From Pristiophorus japonicus (lineage: Eukaryota): a DNA stretch of 64,000 nucleotides. The translations under genes were made by a program, and so were the position numbers. Shown here piece by piece: positions 1-14,082 of this stretch. The stretch lies in contig NC_091987.1 in the NCBI RefSeq assembly GCF_044704955.1, positions 81,034,001 to 81,098,000 of the forward strand, written 5' to 3'. The notes below the pieces were generated by a model. The model was not told where the DNA came from and ran no database searches. It worked only from the letters and a program-made list of their open reading frames with translations. Position 1 is the first letter of the stretch; each line of letters opens with the position of its first letter.

Positions 1-3000
1 GCCTGGGTGCTCGCTGTGGAGTTCCCTGATGAATGCTTCCCTTCCCTTCTGGGGCATGACTACCCGGCTGCCCCATAGTAGGCAGTCGGCTTGGATGGAG
101 AGTTCATCCATCCATCTGTGAAACGGTCTGACCTCTTCAGGGCATGCTTCATGTGCGGGCGCCCAATCCCCAGTCAGGACACATTTCTTAATCAAGGATA
201 GGAGGGGATCTCTGTTTGTCCAGGTTTTGATCTGGTGGGCTGTGATGGGGGAGCCTACGCTGTCGAAAGCATCGACAGCCATGACCATCTCAGCGCTTTG
301 CTCCGCTGCCCCCTCAGTGGTGGCCAGTGGAAGCCTGCTGAGCGCGTCAGCGCAATTTTCGGTGCCTGGCCGGTGCCGTATGATGTAGTCATAGGCAGAC
401 AGCGTGAGAGCCCATCGCTGTATGCGAGCTGACGCATTAGCATTGACAGCTTTGCTGTTGGACAACAGGGATGTTAATGGCTTGTGGTCCGTTTCTAACT
501 CGAACCGTCTGCCAAAAAGGTACTGGTGCATCCTTTTCACCCCGTAGACACATGCGAGTGCTTCCTTTTCAACCATCCCATATCTCCTTTCTGCTTGAGA
601 GAGCGACCTGGAAGCATAAGCCACAGGTTGGAGTTGGCCCTCATCATTACTCTGCTGCAACACGCACCCAACCCCATAGGATGATGCATCACATGTCAAA
701 ACCAATTTCTTACAGAGGTTGTACAGAGTCAACAGCTTGTTAGAACAAAGCAGGTTCCGCGCCCGATTGAAAGCCCGTTCCTGACAGTCCCCCCAAAACC
801 AATCACAACCCCTTACACAGGAGCACGTGTAGCGGCTCCAACAATTTGCTTGAGTTCGGCAGAATGTTCCCGAAATAGTTCAATAGTCCCAGAAATGAAC
901 GCAACTCTGATGTGTTGCCAGGCCTGGGTGCTCGACGGATCACCTCCGTTTTGGATTCGGTAGGCCGGATCCCATCTGCGGCAACCCTCCTGCCCAAAAA
1001 CTCAACCTCTGGGACCAAAAACACACACTTGGACTTCTTTAGTCGCAGGCCTACCCGGTCCAGTCGGCGTAGAACCTCCTCCAGGTTGTGGAGGTGTTCC
1101 TCGGTGTCTCAATCCGTGATAAGGATGTCGTTCTGAAATACGATTGTCCTGGGGATGAATTTGAGCAGGCTTTCCATGTTCCTTTGAAAGATAGCGGCTG
1201 CTGATCGAATGTCAAACGGACACCTGTTGTAAACAAACAGCCCCTTGTGCATGGTGATGGTGGTCAGTAGCTTAGATTCTTCGGCCAGTTCTTGGGTCAT
1301 GTAGGCTGAAGTGAGGTCCAACTTGGTAAACAGTTTGCCGCCTGCCAGCGTGGCAAAAAGATCCTCCGCTCTCGGAAGCAGGTATTGGTCTTGTAGTGAC
1401 ACTTGGTTGATGGTGGCCTTGTAGTCGCCACAGACCCTGACCGAGCCATCCGTTTTTCGAACAGGGATGATGGGGCTTGCCTAATCACTGAATTCAACGG
1501 CCAAAATTATGCCCTCTCTTAGCAACCTGTCCAACTCACTCTCAATATTCTCCCGCATCACATACGGCACAGCTCTGGCTTTGTGGTGCACTGGTATGGC
1601 ATCCGGGGTGATGCGTATCACTACTTTGGTACCTTTGAAAGTACCGACACCAGGTTGAAATAATGACTCAAACTTTTGTAGCACCTGTGAGCATGAACTT
1701 CACTCCACAGATGAAATGGCGTGCACATCCCCCCATTTCCAGTTCATCTCGGCTAGCCAGCTCCTCCCCAAAAGCGCGGGACCATTTCCCGGGACAATAC
1801 AGAGTGGCAGCCGGTTCTCTGATCCATTATGTGTGACCACCAACATTGCACTGCCTAGCACTGGGATGATCTCTTTGGTGTACGTCCGTAATTGTGTGTC
1901 AATGCGTTCTAATTTGGGTCTGCTAGCTCTGAGTGGCCATAGTTTCTTGAATTGTTGGACACTCATAAGTGACTGGCTGGCTCATGTGTCCAGCTCCATG
2001 CGTACCGGGATGCCATTTAACAGTACTCTCATCATCATAGGTGGCGTCTTTGTGTATGAGCTGTGGATGTTTGCCACATGAACCCGCTGAACTTCAGCAT
2101 CCATTGCTGTGTCCCATGCATAACCCTGTCTTGCAGACCTCTCTTGTGGTTCATCCGCTTCATAAACCAGCCTCGCTGCGGGCTTTCTGCACATTCTGGC
2201 CAAATGTCCACTGAAGTTACAATTTCTACAGATAAATTGTTGAAACCTGCAAGTTTTCGCAGCATGTCTGCCCCCGCACCTCCAGCATGAGCTGAGATTG
2301 TTGTGAACAAAAGAGCGTTACCAGGCATTCCTCTCTGATTGTCTCTTTGATTACTCTTGAGCACTCTGTTAGTGGGTGTCAATGGCCCCATCCTGGGACG
2401 TATTGTCCCTTGTGATAGTGTAAGTGTCCGTTCAACCTGACATTGTCTCTGTTGAGGACCCACCCTAGAGTCTGTTACTGCCTGGGTGGTGTCGAATTGC
2501 CCTTGCCTGCCTGCGGGGTTCTGAGTCGTGTTTACCATGTTAACTCCCTGCTCCATCGCCATATTGGGAGCAGAGTTGCGCGCGTATATGTCCTCCCCCG
2601 CCATGAAGGTTTGAGCAATCAACGCCGCTGCTTCCAAGGTCAAGTCCTTGGTCTCAATTAGCTTCCTAAAAATCCCGGCATGACCAATGCCCTCAATGAA
2701 GAAATCCCACAACATCTCCCCGCTGCAGGCGTCTGTGAACTTACAGAGGCTGGCCAAGCGCCGAAGGTCCGCAACAAAGTCTGGTATGCTCTGCCCTTCA
2801 CGACGTCGGTGCATATAGAAATGGTGTCGGGCCATGTATATACTGCTTGCCGGATTGAGGTGCTCACCAATCAGTGTGCTGAGTTCCTCAAAGGTCTTGT
2901 CCACCGGCTTCTCGAGAGCGAGCAGGTCTTTCATCAGCACGTGCGTCTTAGGTCCACAGCTGGTCAGTAGATGCGCCTTTCGCTTGTCAGCCGCTGCCGC

Positions 3001-3398
3001 TCCCAGCCAGTCCTTCGTGACAAAGCTCTGCTGCAGCCTCTCAACGAAATCATCCCAGTCCTCACCAACACAGTACCGTTCCTCTGTGCTACCGGTGGCC
3101 ATTCTCGTGAGTCATTGATTCCCGTTTCTCGTCGCCAAATGTTATATCCTTACACTCTACAGCAAATCAACATGAGGCACATACTGGAGACAAGGTCACT
3201 CTGTGACCTGTACCTTTATTCACAGGACCAAGGAGTCTGACCCTGCATGGGACCTCCCTTTATATATCTGGATAACCAGGTGAGGAGTGTCTCCCAAAAG
3301 TTCACCCCCTGTGGTCAAGGTGTGCATTTCTTAGGTGTATACAGTGTACAGTTTTGTTACATGAAGGTTACAGTTGCATGAAGATTACATCCATGACA
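1..3398 (-). mobile_element. Gypsy/Ty3 LTR retrotransposon, degraded (gag, protease, RT, partial integrase region); runs off the window start
   Basis: Gag N-terminus EDWDDFVERLQQSF (2035-3102); CCHC knuckles near 2200-2290; protease ELDT; RT motifs KLDLTSAY, RCPFDIRSAAAIFQ, VFQNDILI, FLGLLNYF; multiple stops and frameshifts. Confidence 0.93.
3140..3398 (-). repeat. 5' LTR of the Gypsy element, followed by PBS TGGCGACGAG (3128-3137)
   Basis: TG...CA termini; AATAAA and TATA-like motifs on the minus strand; PBS matches the 3' end of tRNA-Ser(GCU) as recalled. Confidence 0.8.
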
Positions 3399-3944
3399 GT
3401 CTTGCCCTGCAAATGTCCTTTAAAATCCTGCACCTGAAAAAGCAGGCGTATAGCCTACTTTTACAGGCGCAAGTGGTTAAAATACATATACGAATAAAAA
3501 ATAAAGTTATAAAAGCACTTTTTATGTTTAAAAACCCTCCCACTATGGTAAGTTTATTTTAAGTGTTAATAAAAACATGTTTTTTAAAAGTCGGAAAACT
3601 ATATTTTTATAACAACTTTAATTTAAATGCATGTTAATTATGTACTTTATTTTCTATTCTTTATTAGTTTTTAAGTGTTTGGGGGGTGAGGGGGGGTTGT
3701 CATTCATAGCAATAGGAGTTCCGTACTTCTATTGTTATGAATGAGAAATTATACTGTACCTGATTGGCTGCTGTCACTAGATCCCAGCCTGCGCATGTCC
3801 CCACGTGCACGAGCTGCACAAGCAGTCACCTCTGGGCCTCAGGCTCGGAAGTTCAGACAGTCGTAGCAGCAGCCGGTAAGTGCGTATCTTTTTCCTTTTT
3901 TTAGGTCGTTTCCCCGCGGGAAAAGGTCAAATGGAATTTCAGGG

Positions 3945-4720
3945 CCATTATTTAAATGGAGAAAGATGGAAAAGTGCCGCAGTACAGCGGGACCTGGGGG
4001 TACTTGTGCATGAAACACAAAAGGATAGTATGCAGGTACAGCAAGTGATCAGGAAGGCCAATGGAATCTTGGTCTTTATTGCAAAAGGGATGGACTATAA
4101 AAGCAGTGAAGTCTTGTTACAGCTGTACAGGGTATTGGTGAGGCCACACCTGGAATACTGCGTGCAGTTTTGGTTTCCATATTTACGAAAGGATATACTT
4201 GCTTTGGAGGCAGTTCAGAGAAGGTTCACTAGGTCTATCCTGGGGATGAGGGGCTTGACGTTTGAGGAAAGGTTGAGTAGGTTGGGCCTTTACTCATTGG
4301 AATTCAGAAGAATGAGAGGTGATCTGATCGAAACGTATAAGATTATGAGGGAGCTTAACAAGGTGGATGCAGAGAGGATGTTTCCACTGGTGGGGGAGAC
4401 TAGAATTAGAGGGCTTGATCTTAGAATAAGGGGCCGCCCATTTAGAACTGAGATGAGCAGAAATTTCTTCTCTCAGAGGGTTGTAAATCTGTGGAATTCG
4501 CTGCCTCAAAGAGCTGTGGATGCTGGGACATCGAATAAATTTAAGACAGAAAGAGACATTTTCTTAAACGATAAGAGGATAAGGGGTTATGGGGAGCAGG
4601 CAGGGAAGTGGAGCTGAGTCCATGATCAGATCAGCCATGATCTTATTGAATGGCGGAGCAGGCTCGAGGGGCCTTATGGCCCACTCCTGCTCCTATTTCT
4701 TATGTTCTTATGTTCTTATT
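3945..4720 (+). mobile_element. CR1 LINE 3' fragment
   Basis: ORF2 C-terminal motifs RDLGVLVH, LVRPHLEYCVQFW, RRMRGDLIE; (TATGTTCT)n tail. Confidence 0.92.
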
Positions 4721-4874
4721 ACAACCAATGCATCCTCAAATAAAAAATCTAAATAAAAACAGAGAATGCTGGAAATTCAATCCTCTATCCATGCTAATAT
4801 ATTACCCCCAACCCCGTGAGCTCTGCAACCCTGCAAAGCAGCCACTATCTCTGCAGCTGCCTCTTTTAAGACCC

Positions 4875-6560
4875 TAGGATGAAGGCCATCAGGTCCAGGG
4901 GACTTGTTCACCTTTAGCCCCATTAGTTTGCCTTCTACTTTTTCTTTAGTGATAGTGATTGTTTCAAATCCCGCCCCCAGAAAACCCCTTGTTTATCAAT
5001 TATTGCGATGCATTTAATGTCTTCTACCATGAAGGCCGGTACAAAATATTTGTTCAAAGTCTCCGCCATTTCTCTGCTTCCCAATATTAATTTCCCAGTC
5101 TCATCCTCTAAGGGACCAATGTTTACTTTAGCTACTTGCTTTCTTTTAATATACCTGTAAAAGCTCTAATTATCTGTTTTTATATTTCTTGCTACTTTAT
5201 CCTCATAAGTTATCTTCTCTCTCTTTATCATTTTTTTAGCCGTCCTTTGCTGGTTTCTAAAAGTTTCTGGCCTTCCACTGTTCTTCGCATCATTGTATGA
5301 CTTTAATTTGAATTTGATACCATCCTTCACTTCATATTTAGCAAGGATGGTTCATCCTTCTCTTAGAGTCTTTCTTTCTCATTGGAATATATCTTTGCTG
5401 AGAGTTATGAAATATCTCCTTAAATATTTGCCACTGCTTTTGTCTCCTTGGGAAAGTGCAACATCCCCATCGGCACCTGGGAATCCCTGGCCCAAGACCA
5501 CCCAAAGTGGAGGAAGAGCATCCAGGAGGGCGCTGAGCATCTCGAGTCTCATTGCCGAGAGCATGCAGAAATCAAGAGCAGATAGAGGAAAGAGCTTGCG
5601 GCAAACCAAGCTCCCCACTCACCCTTTCCTTCAACCACTGTCTGTCCCACCTGTTACAGAAACTGTAATTCCCGCATTTGACTGTACAGCCACCTGAGAA
5701 CTCACTTTTAGAGTGAAAGCATATCTTCGTCGATTTCGAGAGACTGCCTATGATGATGATAATCGTCTTACGCTTTAATATATTTTCCCTGTCCACTTTA
5801 ACCAGCTCTGCCTTCATACCTTTGTAATTACCTTTATTTAATTTCAGGACACTGGTTTGAGAACTAGCTATCTCACCCTCAAACTGAATTTGAAATTCTA
5901 CCATGCTATGATCACTCTTCCCAAGAGGATCCTTCACTACGAGATCATTAATTAAAGCAGATTCGTTGCACGTTACCAGATCTAAAATAGTCTACTCCCT
6001 GGTTGGTTCCACAACGTATTGTTCCAAGAAACCATCCCGCATACACTCTATGAACTCTTCCTCAAGGCTAGCTTTGCCAATTTGACTGGTCCAATCAACA
6101 TGAAGATTAAATCGTCCATGATTATTGCCGTACCTTTCTTACAAGCTTCTATTATTTCTTGATTTATACTCTGTCCTTCAGTGTGGCTACTGTTTCGGGG
6201 CTTGAAGACCACTCTCACCAGTGACTTCTTTCCCTTATTATTTCTTATCTCCACCCAAAATGATTCTACATCTTGATCTTCTGAGCCAATATCATTTCTC
6301 ACTACTGCACTGATCTCATCCCTTATTAACAGAGCTACCACACCTCCTTTTCTTTTCTGCCTATCCTTACAAAATGGCAAATAGCCCTGAATATTCAGTT
6401 CCCATCCTTGGTCACCTTGCAACCACATCTTTGTTGTAGCAATCAGATCATACCCATTTACTTCTATTTGTGCCATCAGCTCACCTATTTTGTTACAAAT
6501 GCGGCGTGCATTCAGATATAGCACTTTTAATTTTGTTTTATGTGTATATGCTCTGTCCCT
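4875..6560 (-). mobile_element. Degraded CR1 ORF2 fragment (APE endonuclease and linker)
   Basis: YLNARRICNK, GGVVALLI, LGKSDH motifs; frameshifted. Confidence 0.85.
5440..5762 (+). mobile_element. RTE-like LINE 3' end inserted in the CR1 fragment
   Basis: Interrupts the CR1 sequence; ends in GACTGCCTATGATGATGAT microsatellite tail. Confidence 0.6.
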
Positions 6561-8466
6561 TCCTGTCACACTCTGGTTATCAGTACCCTTATTGTTACCC
6601 TGCACTTTTGCCTTCTCCTTTCTCTTTTTACATGTCCGCTCATCGGATCCCTCCCCATCCCCCCCCCCCCCCCCCCCCCACCACCCCCCCATACTAGTGT
6701 ATGGGGACTAGCAGAAATCCAGAGACAAGATGTTGAGGTGCAAACTGGGAATTGCAGGTGAATATCAAATTTCTGTCATCAATAATTGGACCTTTTGTTG
6801 CTCACTTCTCGTAAAACCAGGCAATAGGAGCCATCTCAGTGACCAAGAGCAATTACTTATCAGTGCTACAAGAGCAACAAATGTAGGAGAAAATGGGTAT
6901 GTTGTCCACAACCTCAAAAAGGGGTACAATTCAGTTTTGTATTTAAAATGTGAACACTTCATATTATTCCTCTGTTAATAGTGATGTTTTCAACTATCTC
7001 CATTGGAAATGGTATTGAAAAGCTGTTGAATTATGTTAGATGTTTATTATCCTACTTGTAATATACCATTGCTGGGGATGAATCCAGTTGCAGGCCTACA
7101 TTTTATGCATGCCGCCAGTCAGGTACCCGCCATAAAGTGGCAGCTGGCCAGTGGCGGGAGTGATCGTTTGGGTGATTGGAGACCACCAGCTAGTGCCAAA
7201 GGAAAGGATCGCCAGCAAGCAGGTAACTCGTGAGGATGGTCTCGCATGAGGGAATGGGGAAGTGGGGGGAATCAGGGTTAGGGAGGGTGCTACTGTACTT
7301 GGGGGGCCTGGAGGAGCAGGAGAAATGCATTAGAGAGGATACCCATAACCTGCAGCCAAAAATCCATTTTTGTTACAATCCCATTTCATGTCCACTTCAC
7401 ATATCTACATGCATTCTATCTACCTTTCCCTCAACAATCACTCCTATTATATTGGTAATATCAGCTGTGTGGTCTGAAAGAAATATTTAATAGGCAAAAG
7501 GAAGGATGTTAAATGGATAAAAGGTAGATGGAGATAATTATTTTTAAATAAATGGATGGACTGAAACATGAAGAATGTTACTCTGTGAAACAGGTTACTG
7601 AATAAATTATCATGGCCTTTTCTTCTACTAGCCTCCTGTATGATAACCATTGTACCATCCAGCACATATAGCGAGCAAATTGTGTTTGCGCCAACCCGCC
7701 TGCTATAAGCGGTGGGGACTGTATTTACATAGGACATGCATGAGCATTGAAGGATAATTATCCAAGACTGTATCTATTTCCAGTCAAAATATAACAATCG
7801 AGATTAACATCAATACACCTAGATGTATCAACAGGAAACCATTTGTATCGCAAAGTTTTTTTAGAAAAGGTGTGCAGGTGAGCAATGCGCAATGCTTACA
7901 CTGAAGATCTATATCTCGCTGAATTCGAACACGAATAAATTATCCCACCAGTGAGCAAGTTAAATAGATCTTTTTTGCATGTGAAAGATCCAGTGAATTT
8001 TTTACATGAATGACAAAATAGTTGGAAGTAAGTAGTAGAAGACGTATGAGGAAGGCAAACTGCAAATAGCAAAAGAAAAGATCTAGTGGAGATTTTTTTC
8101 AGCTAAGCAGGAAGTAGGCAGAGTATTAAAGACTGTAGTAACCATTCAAGGGAAAGATTGAGTGGAAAAATTACGAAGGATCAAGAATAATCAGATGTGT
8201 TGAATTAATTTTTCACAAATGAAAACTGGATAAAGTTTAACTCAGAAAACAATAGCATGTAAAGGTCAGTAAAGCATGGTATGCAGAAACTCAAGGAAGT
8301 CTACAGGACAGCTGAAATCTTCCGGGGAATGAGTGAGGAAACATGCAAGGCTTGGAGAAGGTTTTTAGAAAATCTATAAACACTACAGTTATGCCTGAGG
8401 ACCAAAGGATAGCAAATATTACGCAATATTCAAAAAAAGAGTGACACATAAATCAGGTAACTATAG

Positions 8467-9341
8467 TTGGGGGCAGGCGAGGGTCTATGGAGCGTCCTCC
8501 TCCGTTTCGGATGCCCCCAAAAATTCGTCACTATCCTCCGCCTGCTCCACGATGACATGCAGGCCGTGATCCTTACCAACGGAGCCATTACAGACCCAAT
8601 CCATGTCCAGATCCGGGTCAAACAGGGCTGCGTCATTGCCCCAACCCTCTTCTCAATCTTCCTCGCTGCCATGCTCCACCTCACAGTCAACAAGCTCCCC
8701 GCTGAAGTGGAACTAAACTACAGAACCAGTGGGAACCTGTTCAACCTTCACCATCTCCTGGCCAGGTCTAAGACCATCCCAACCTCTGTCATTGAGCTAC
8801 AGTATGCGGAAGACGCCTGCAACTGTGCACATACAGAGGCTGAACTCCAGGACATAGTCGACATAGTTACTGAGGCATACGAAAGCATGGGCCTTACACT
8901 AGACATCCATAAGACAAAGGTCCACCACCAGCCTGTTCTTGACCCCACAGCACTGCCCCCCAGTCAGCAAGATCCACGGCTCGGCCCTGGACAATGTGGA
9001 CCATTTCCCATACCTCTGGAGCCTCTTATCAACAAGAGCAGACATTGACGACGAGATTCAACACCGCCTCCAATGTGCCAATGGAGCCTTCAGCCTCCTG
9101 TGGAAAAGAGTATTTGAAGACCAGGCCCTCAAATCCGCCACCAAGCTCATGGTCTACACGGCTGTAGTAATACGCGCCCTCCTGTATGGCTCAGAGACAT
9201 GGACCATGTACAGTAGACACCTCAAGTCGCTGGAGATATACCACCAAGGATGTCTCCGCAAGATTCTGCAAATCCCCGGGGAGGACAGACGCATCAACCT
9301 TTGCATCCTCGACCAGGCCAACATCCCCAGCATTGAAGCAC
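8467..9341 (+). mobile_element. RTE-clade LINE reverse transcriptase fragment
   Basis: VKQGCVIAPTLF, LQYAEDA (degenerate YADD), LLYGSETWT, GCLRKIL; one frameshift. Confidence 0.88.
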
Positions 9342-9841
9342 TATTTCCTTGTCTTTGGTAAATAAAGCCTAACAGTGCATGGAATAAATGAATGAACCTG
9401 ATAAATTTTTAAAATAGAATTTAGTTTGAGTGAATAAATGGCAGCACACAATGCGATGTGTGACATTGTGGTCTGCACTGGTTATTCCACTCTCTGTACC
9501 AGTGCACCAGCCAATTGCATTCATTCTGTTTTTGTTAAATTAGTTTCATTGAGCTGAACTGAAAAAATACACATATTGACTGAAAATTACGAATGCTGTT
9601 CCCCTGATGGCCTCGGACAACAATGGCCAAACCACAATCTGTTAGCCACCTGTGGCTCCAGAGTTTCGGAAATCCAGCCCTTGAAGCCACGGCAATTCAA
9701 TCTTATAGATGTTTATATCTGTTATTGGCTGGTTTGTGATGTTTGAATTTTGTGGCCTTGGAGGTTTGAAAATGGATTTAGTTTATCAGGTTCATTAATT
9801 TATTCACTATTAGGCTTTATTTAATAAAGACAAGGAAATAT
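9342..9841. mobile_element. MITE-like element with about 65-bp imperfect terminal inverted repeats
   Basis: TATTTCCTTGTCTTT...AATAAAGCCTAA...ATGAACCTGATAAA (9342-9405) is mirrored by TTTATCAGGTTCAT...TAGGCTTTATT...AAAGACAAGGAAATA (9782-9840). Confidence 0.65.
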
Positions 9842-11207
9842 ATACTTTATACCTGAGTCAGACCATTGTTAACACCTATTCTAATTGGGTGTCTGTAAAT
9901 CCACTAAAATATTAATTAAATGAAGTACTTTCAGAGCAAGGTTCGTTTACTGAAATAGTTTATCACTTATAACAATAACTTTTTGATTTATACTAGCCAA
10001 TGTGTTTATACAACAACAACTGTCCCATGCAAGCTGCTTGCTGGCAATGGAAAAACCACGCATGTGCGGAAATTTGAATAGGCCATACAGCCTGTTAAAG
10101 GGACCATGCACTCCAAAAAAAATTTTCTTAATGCTGCTGCTTTGTTATTGGATAAATCCTAAATCAAAACACCAAGATCCTTTAGTCGTAATAATGTGAG
10201 AAATATAAAAGTTAATGCGGGTATTAATTTAAATTATATATGCCCCCCACCCTCCCCCATGCTAAACACCTGTTGCATACACCCTGTATATGGTACAAAA
10301 TATTACAGAACAGAAGATTACAGATTCAATTGTTTGATCTCAATCAGGGCAGCATTTGAACTGTTACAATTAACTTCAGCATCTGGGGTTACAATAAGTA
10401 GAGTTCTCACCACTGATCATTGCCTGATGGCCCCTTCAGCTTCTGAGTAAGTTGGAGCTGTAAGTTGCTTTGGGGAATCCAACCCAGAGAGCCACAGGGA
10501 GAGAAGCAGTATACATGAACATATCTATCGTTGCCCTTGTCCCTGACGATTAGAATAATGGTCCTGAGAGAGAGGCTATGTATTTGTTTCACTCCACTTG
10601 TCTAACACGCACAGAGAACAGTAAGGACAAGGACTGTAAATATACTCTCGGTGTGATAAATAACAAGAAATAATAGATAATCCGTCACATCAACATTTCA
10701 ACTGTAATTTTAATAAAACACAACGAACTTTGGTATTAATCACAAGGAATGACACATCATAGTATCTACCAAATACTCCTGTTTCGATTCTAGTGTCAAT
10801 ATCATAGTGTCACTTCCAAAACAACATCTATTTCCAATATATTGATTAATTAGAGTCACCCTTTCATCTATCACACATTTTCAGTGAAAATCTCTCATTT
10901 TGTTTCAAATTGTCAAATATTTTAATGTATCGCCTTTTTAGAAATAAATCATTTTAAATGGACTTGCAATCTGTCTGACTCATAAATCTCACTCCAATAC
11001 GTCATCAATGTTGACAGCCCTGATGTTGTCTGGGTACAATACCAACACTGACAACATGCTTTTAAAGATTAACAATTAAGTGTTAAAGATGGTGGTTGAA
11101 TACACTAAATCAGCCAATCTTCACTGCAAAGTGTAAAAAAACCTACTGGACAGTTACTTATCAAAGTTCATTGTTTCCTTTTCTATATTTTCAGAACTTG
11201 TCAAATA

Positions 11208-11271
11208 ATGTTACTGCTGGGAAACCAAGGAGTCCAGATTCCTATTTTACTGCATATCCTTCTCAGTGCAG
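11208..11271 (+). CDS. VJ-C1 IgSF receptor, coding exon 1 (leader MLLLGNQGVQIPILLHILLSA-G)
   Basis: Acceptor ttttcag at 11194; ATG at 11208; hydrophobic peptide; phase-1 donor G|gtgagg matches the V exon. Confidence 0.75.
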
Positions 11272-11929
11272 GTGAGGGAGCTTACAATTCACATTAGAAA
11301 GTTACAAAATTATTCTCGTATTGTTTTACAAGGAGCAATACATGTCCGAATCTTGAAACCTAATAAGGTACTAATTCTGTAAATCCATGGTCTTCGTTCT
11401 CTCCCTCCCCGACATGCCTTCTCTGATTGTCATTTTTACAGCTGGCTAATTAATGAAGAATCCTCACTTTTTCTTCTTCTCCCCCTCCTCCTCCTCCACC
11501 CCCCCTCCCCCGCCCCCCCCCCCCCCCCCCCCACCACCCACCTATTTTTGCATTGTAGCTGGTTTTGGTGGCAGGTTTCTATCCCCTTAATCGTGGTTAT
11601 AACTGACCACTTAAACTTTTTCAGTCGAAATAGAGGTTCCATCGGAAACATTGAGCTGATTTTCTCTTTCAGATGCTGATTAACCCATTGTGTAATTACG
11701 GCATTTTCTGCTTTAATTTCAGGCTTTCAGTACACTTTTCTTTTTACCTCGTCTGCAAAATAACTTAAAATGCAGACTGCAATATTACTTATGCTTGTTT
11801 GAGGTGCTGTTGAGAGAAATTGCTACAAAAGCACTCTCGTGGTGCTGCAGCTGTTTAAACATACTAAAAATATGAAATGAGAAAAAACACATTTGGCCCA
11901 TGAACCCATTCCAGAGCTGTCAGCTTTCG

Positions 11930-12230
11930 GATCAGACATTAAACTGAGGATCTGTCTGATCTCTCTGGTGGACGTAAGTTCCATGGCACTATTCGAAGTT
12001 CCATGGCACTATTTGAAGAAGGGCAGGGGAGTTCTCCCCGGTGCCCTTGTCATTATTTTTCCCTCAACCAACTACACGAAAAACAGATTATTTGGTCATT
12101 ATATCATTGCTGTTGGTGGGACCTTGCTGTATGTAAATTGTCTTCTGCATTTCCTACATTACAACAGTACTTCAATGGCTTTAAAGTACTGTGGGACATC
12201 CTGAGGTTGTGAATGGCCCTACAAGTTTGT
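11930..12230 (+). mobile_element. Deu-domain SINE fragment (SacSINE1-like)
   Basis: CCATGGCACTATTTGAAGAAGGGCAGGGGAGTTCTCCC core shared with other copies in the window. Confidence 0.7.
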
Positions 12231-13340
12231 TCCTTGACTATCTGGTGGCAATCATGGAAATATATAGAGTTCATTAGGGAGTGTACAGTGCAATTTAAAA
12301 CTTCTTTTGAAATTGCAAATGCACTATTTCTGTAACATGTAGTGGCTAATTTCCATTACTAATGTGTACTTCAGAGCTGTTGCAAATTGCACTAGAATTG
12401 TTATTTTAATAGCCTTCAAATTTTGTATGATTATTGACAGCTCCAGGTATAGATTTCAGCAGGTGCAGGGAGCATAAAATCACATCAACAATATAATTCA
12501 TACATTTTGATATAGATAAAGAAAGAATTTGCATTTATACGGTGACTTACTGTGTCTCTCAGACTTTTTGCAAAGCACGACATATAGAATGAATTACATT
12601 GTGCAATTATTTTTTTATGGTTAAATGTGGCTGTAATTTTGCACAAAGCAAGTCTCCAGAATCAGCAGAGATGAAGGACCAATTATTTGGATTGTTTTGG
12701 CAGTGGTAATGAGTGGGTGCTCAAAAGATTTGGATTAATATCATAATTGCTGAGAAAGTCTTCTGGTATACTAATAGACAAAATATAATAATTAAATTAA
12801 AGTACTCAGAGAGTTTTTATCAATGAATTTTCTAATCATTGAAAGTTTCATTTTCTAAATAAAAGTATTCTGTGAATTTGGTGCTTTGTATTGTGATGTT
12901 TTAATACAACAAGCAGGACTTCATGGTACACAGTACAATGAGCTTTGTACCCCTGTACCATAACGTAAGGTTATACAACACTCCACAGGTTACACTGGTA
13001 GATAAATTTGGGGAGAGTTTAACACTGCCCTCCTGACAGAAACAGGGTGGGCTGGCAGGTAAAGCCCATGGGACTTACCTGCCGAGAATCCGCTGCCGTC
13101 ACGCGGGTTCTGATTTTAACCTGCTCTTCTGAGCAGGAGCAGGAAAGGCTGCTGGAAACCGACGGATCCTTCCTTAAATATGCAGATCGGGTTCTGATGA
13201 TGTCGACAAGTCCCAAATACGAATTTAACCAGAGGCCTGTGCAGGGAAGCCATTATGGCATTCTCGCCAGGCCAATCTATCAGGAAGAGACAGGGCCAGA
13301 AAAGGCCTAAGAAAAAAGAAATACTTGTATTTATATAGTG

Positions 13341-13944
13341 TGTTAGCATGAATGTTTTCTTAGAAGAATCACTCAACACTCAGAGTCGGTTCCAACGCCA
13401 ATGCGGCCTTTATTTTCGCATGCGGGGAGGAAGCCTCAGGACTGGATCCAGGCACTTCTCTCCGACGAACAAAGAAACTCATCGATATTTATATGTTTTA
13501 CAATAGTTCTTTACAGTTACTCAGCCCACTTCGGCTGGACACAATCCAATCGTAACGATTATAGATTACTTATAAGTTTCTTTAACCCAATAGAATTTTG
13601 TCAGCTCGGGCTGATTAATGACCTCGTTATGTGAGGCAGGTTCTCCTCTTATCTCTGTTCCTCGGGGTTCGGCTGTGTGAAGTCACTGATTATACCAGTG
13701 TACTATAATGGTTCGTTATAATTATCTTGTATCCAAGGCATTCCTGGTAGTGGGCCTCACAGGGTCATTGCTCGGTCATTGCTCGGTCAGCCCCAGTTCA
13801 TTACTTGACTAATGGGGTTCCCATCATGCTTGGGCAGCCATTTTATATGTGGCCACTTTAAACTTATATGAGTTTAGATATATTCAGCAGGTGCCTAATG
13901 TCTAGTGTTTTGATATATTCGGCAGGTGCCTAATGCCTACAACA
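13341..13944 (-). repeat. 3' LTR; PPT (GAAAGGAGGGAAT on minus) at 13945-13957
   Basis: TG...CA ends; 8 differences from the other LTR by manual comparison. Confidence 0.95.
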
Positions 13945-14082
13945 ATTCCCTCCTTTCGGTAAAGGGACTAGTCCTATTCCCCTTTAACCGACCGCCCTAC
14001 TTTTATTAAGATTTTGTGCACAGCCCGGTACTCCCTGCCTCAACGTGCTGGCCAGTCATGCGGTTTCAGGAGTCCCGGTTGC

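Noticed and set aside
6651-6690. Poly-C tracts (also 11480-11540) giving Pro- or Gly-rich ORFs
   Set aside because: Low-complexity sequence
10560-10626. Possible non-coding first exon ending at ACA|gtaagg
   Set aside because: The acceptor before the leader exon implies an upstream exon, but this donor has no independent support
13401-13634. 77-aa ORF duplicated at 19555-19788
   Set aside because: Lies within the LTRs; the duplication only reflects LTR identity
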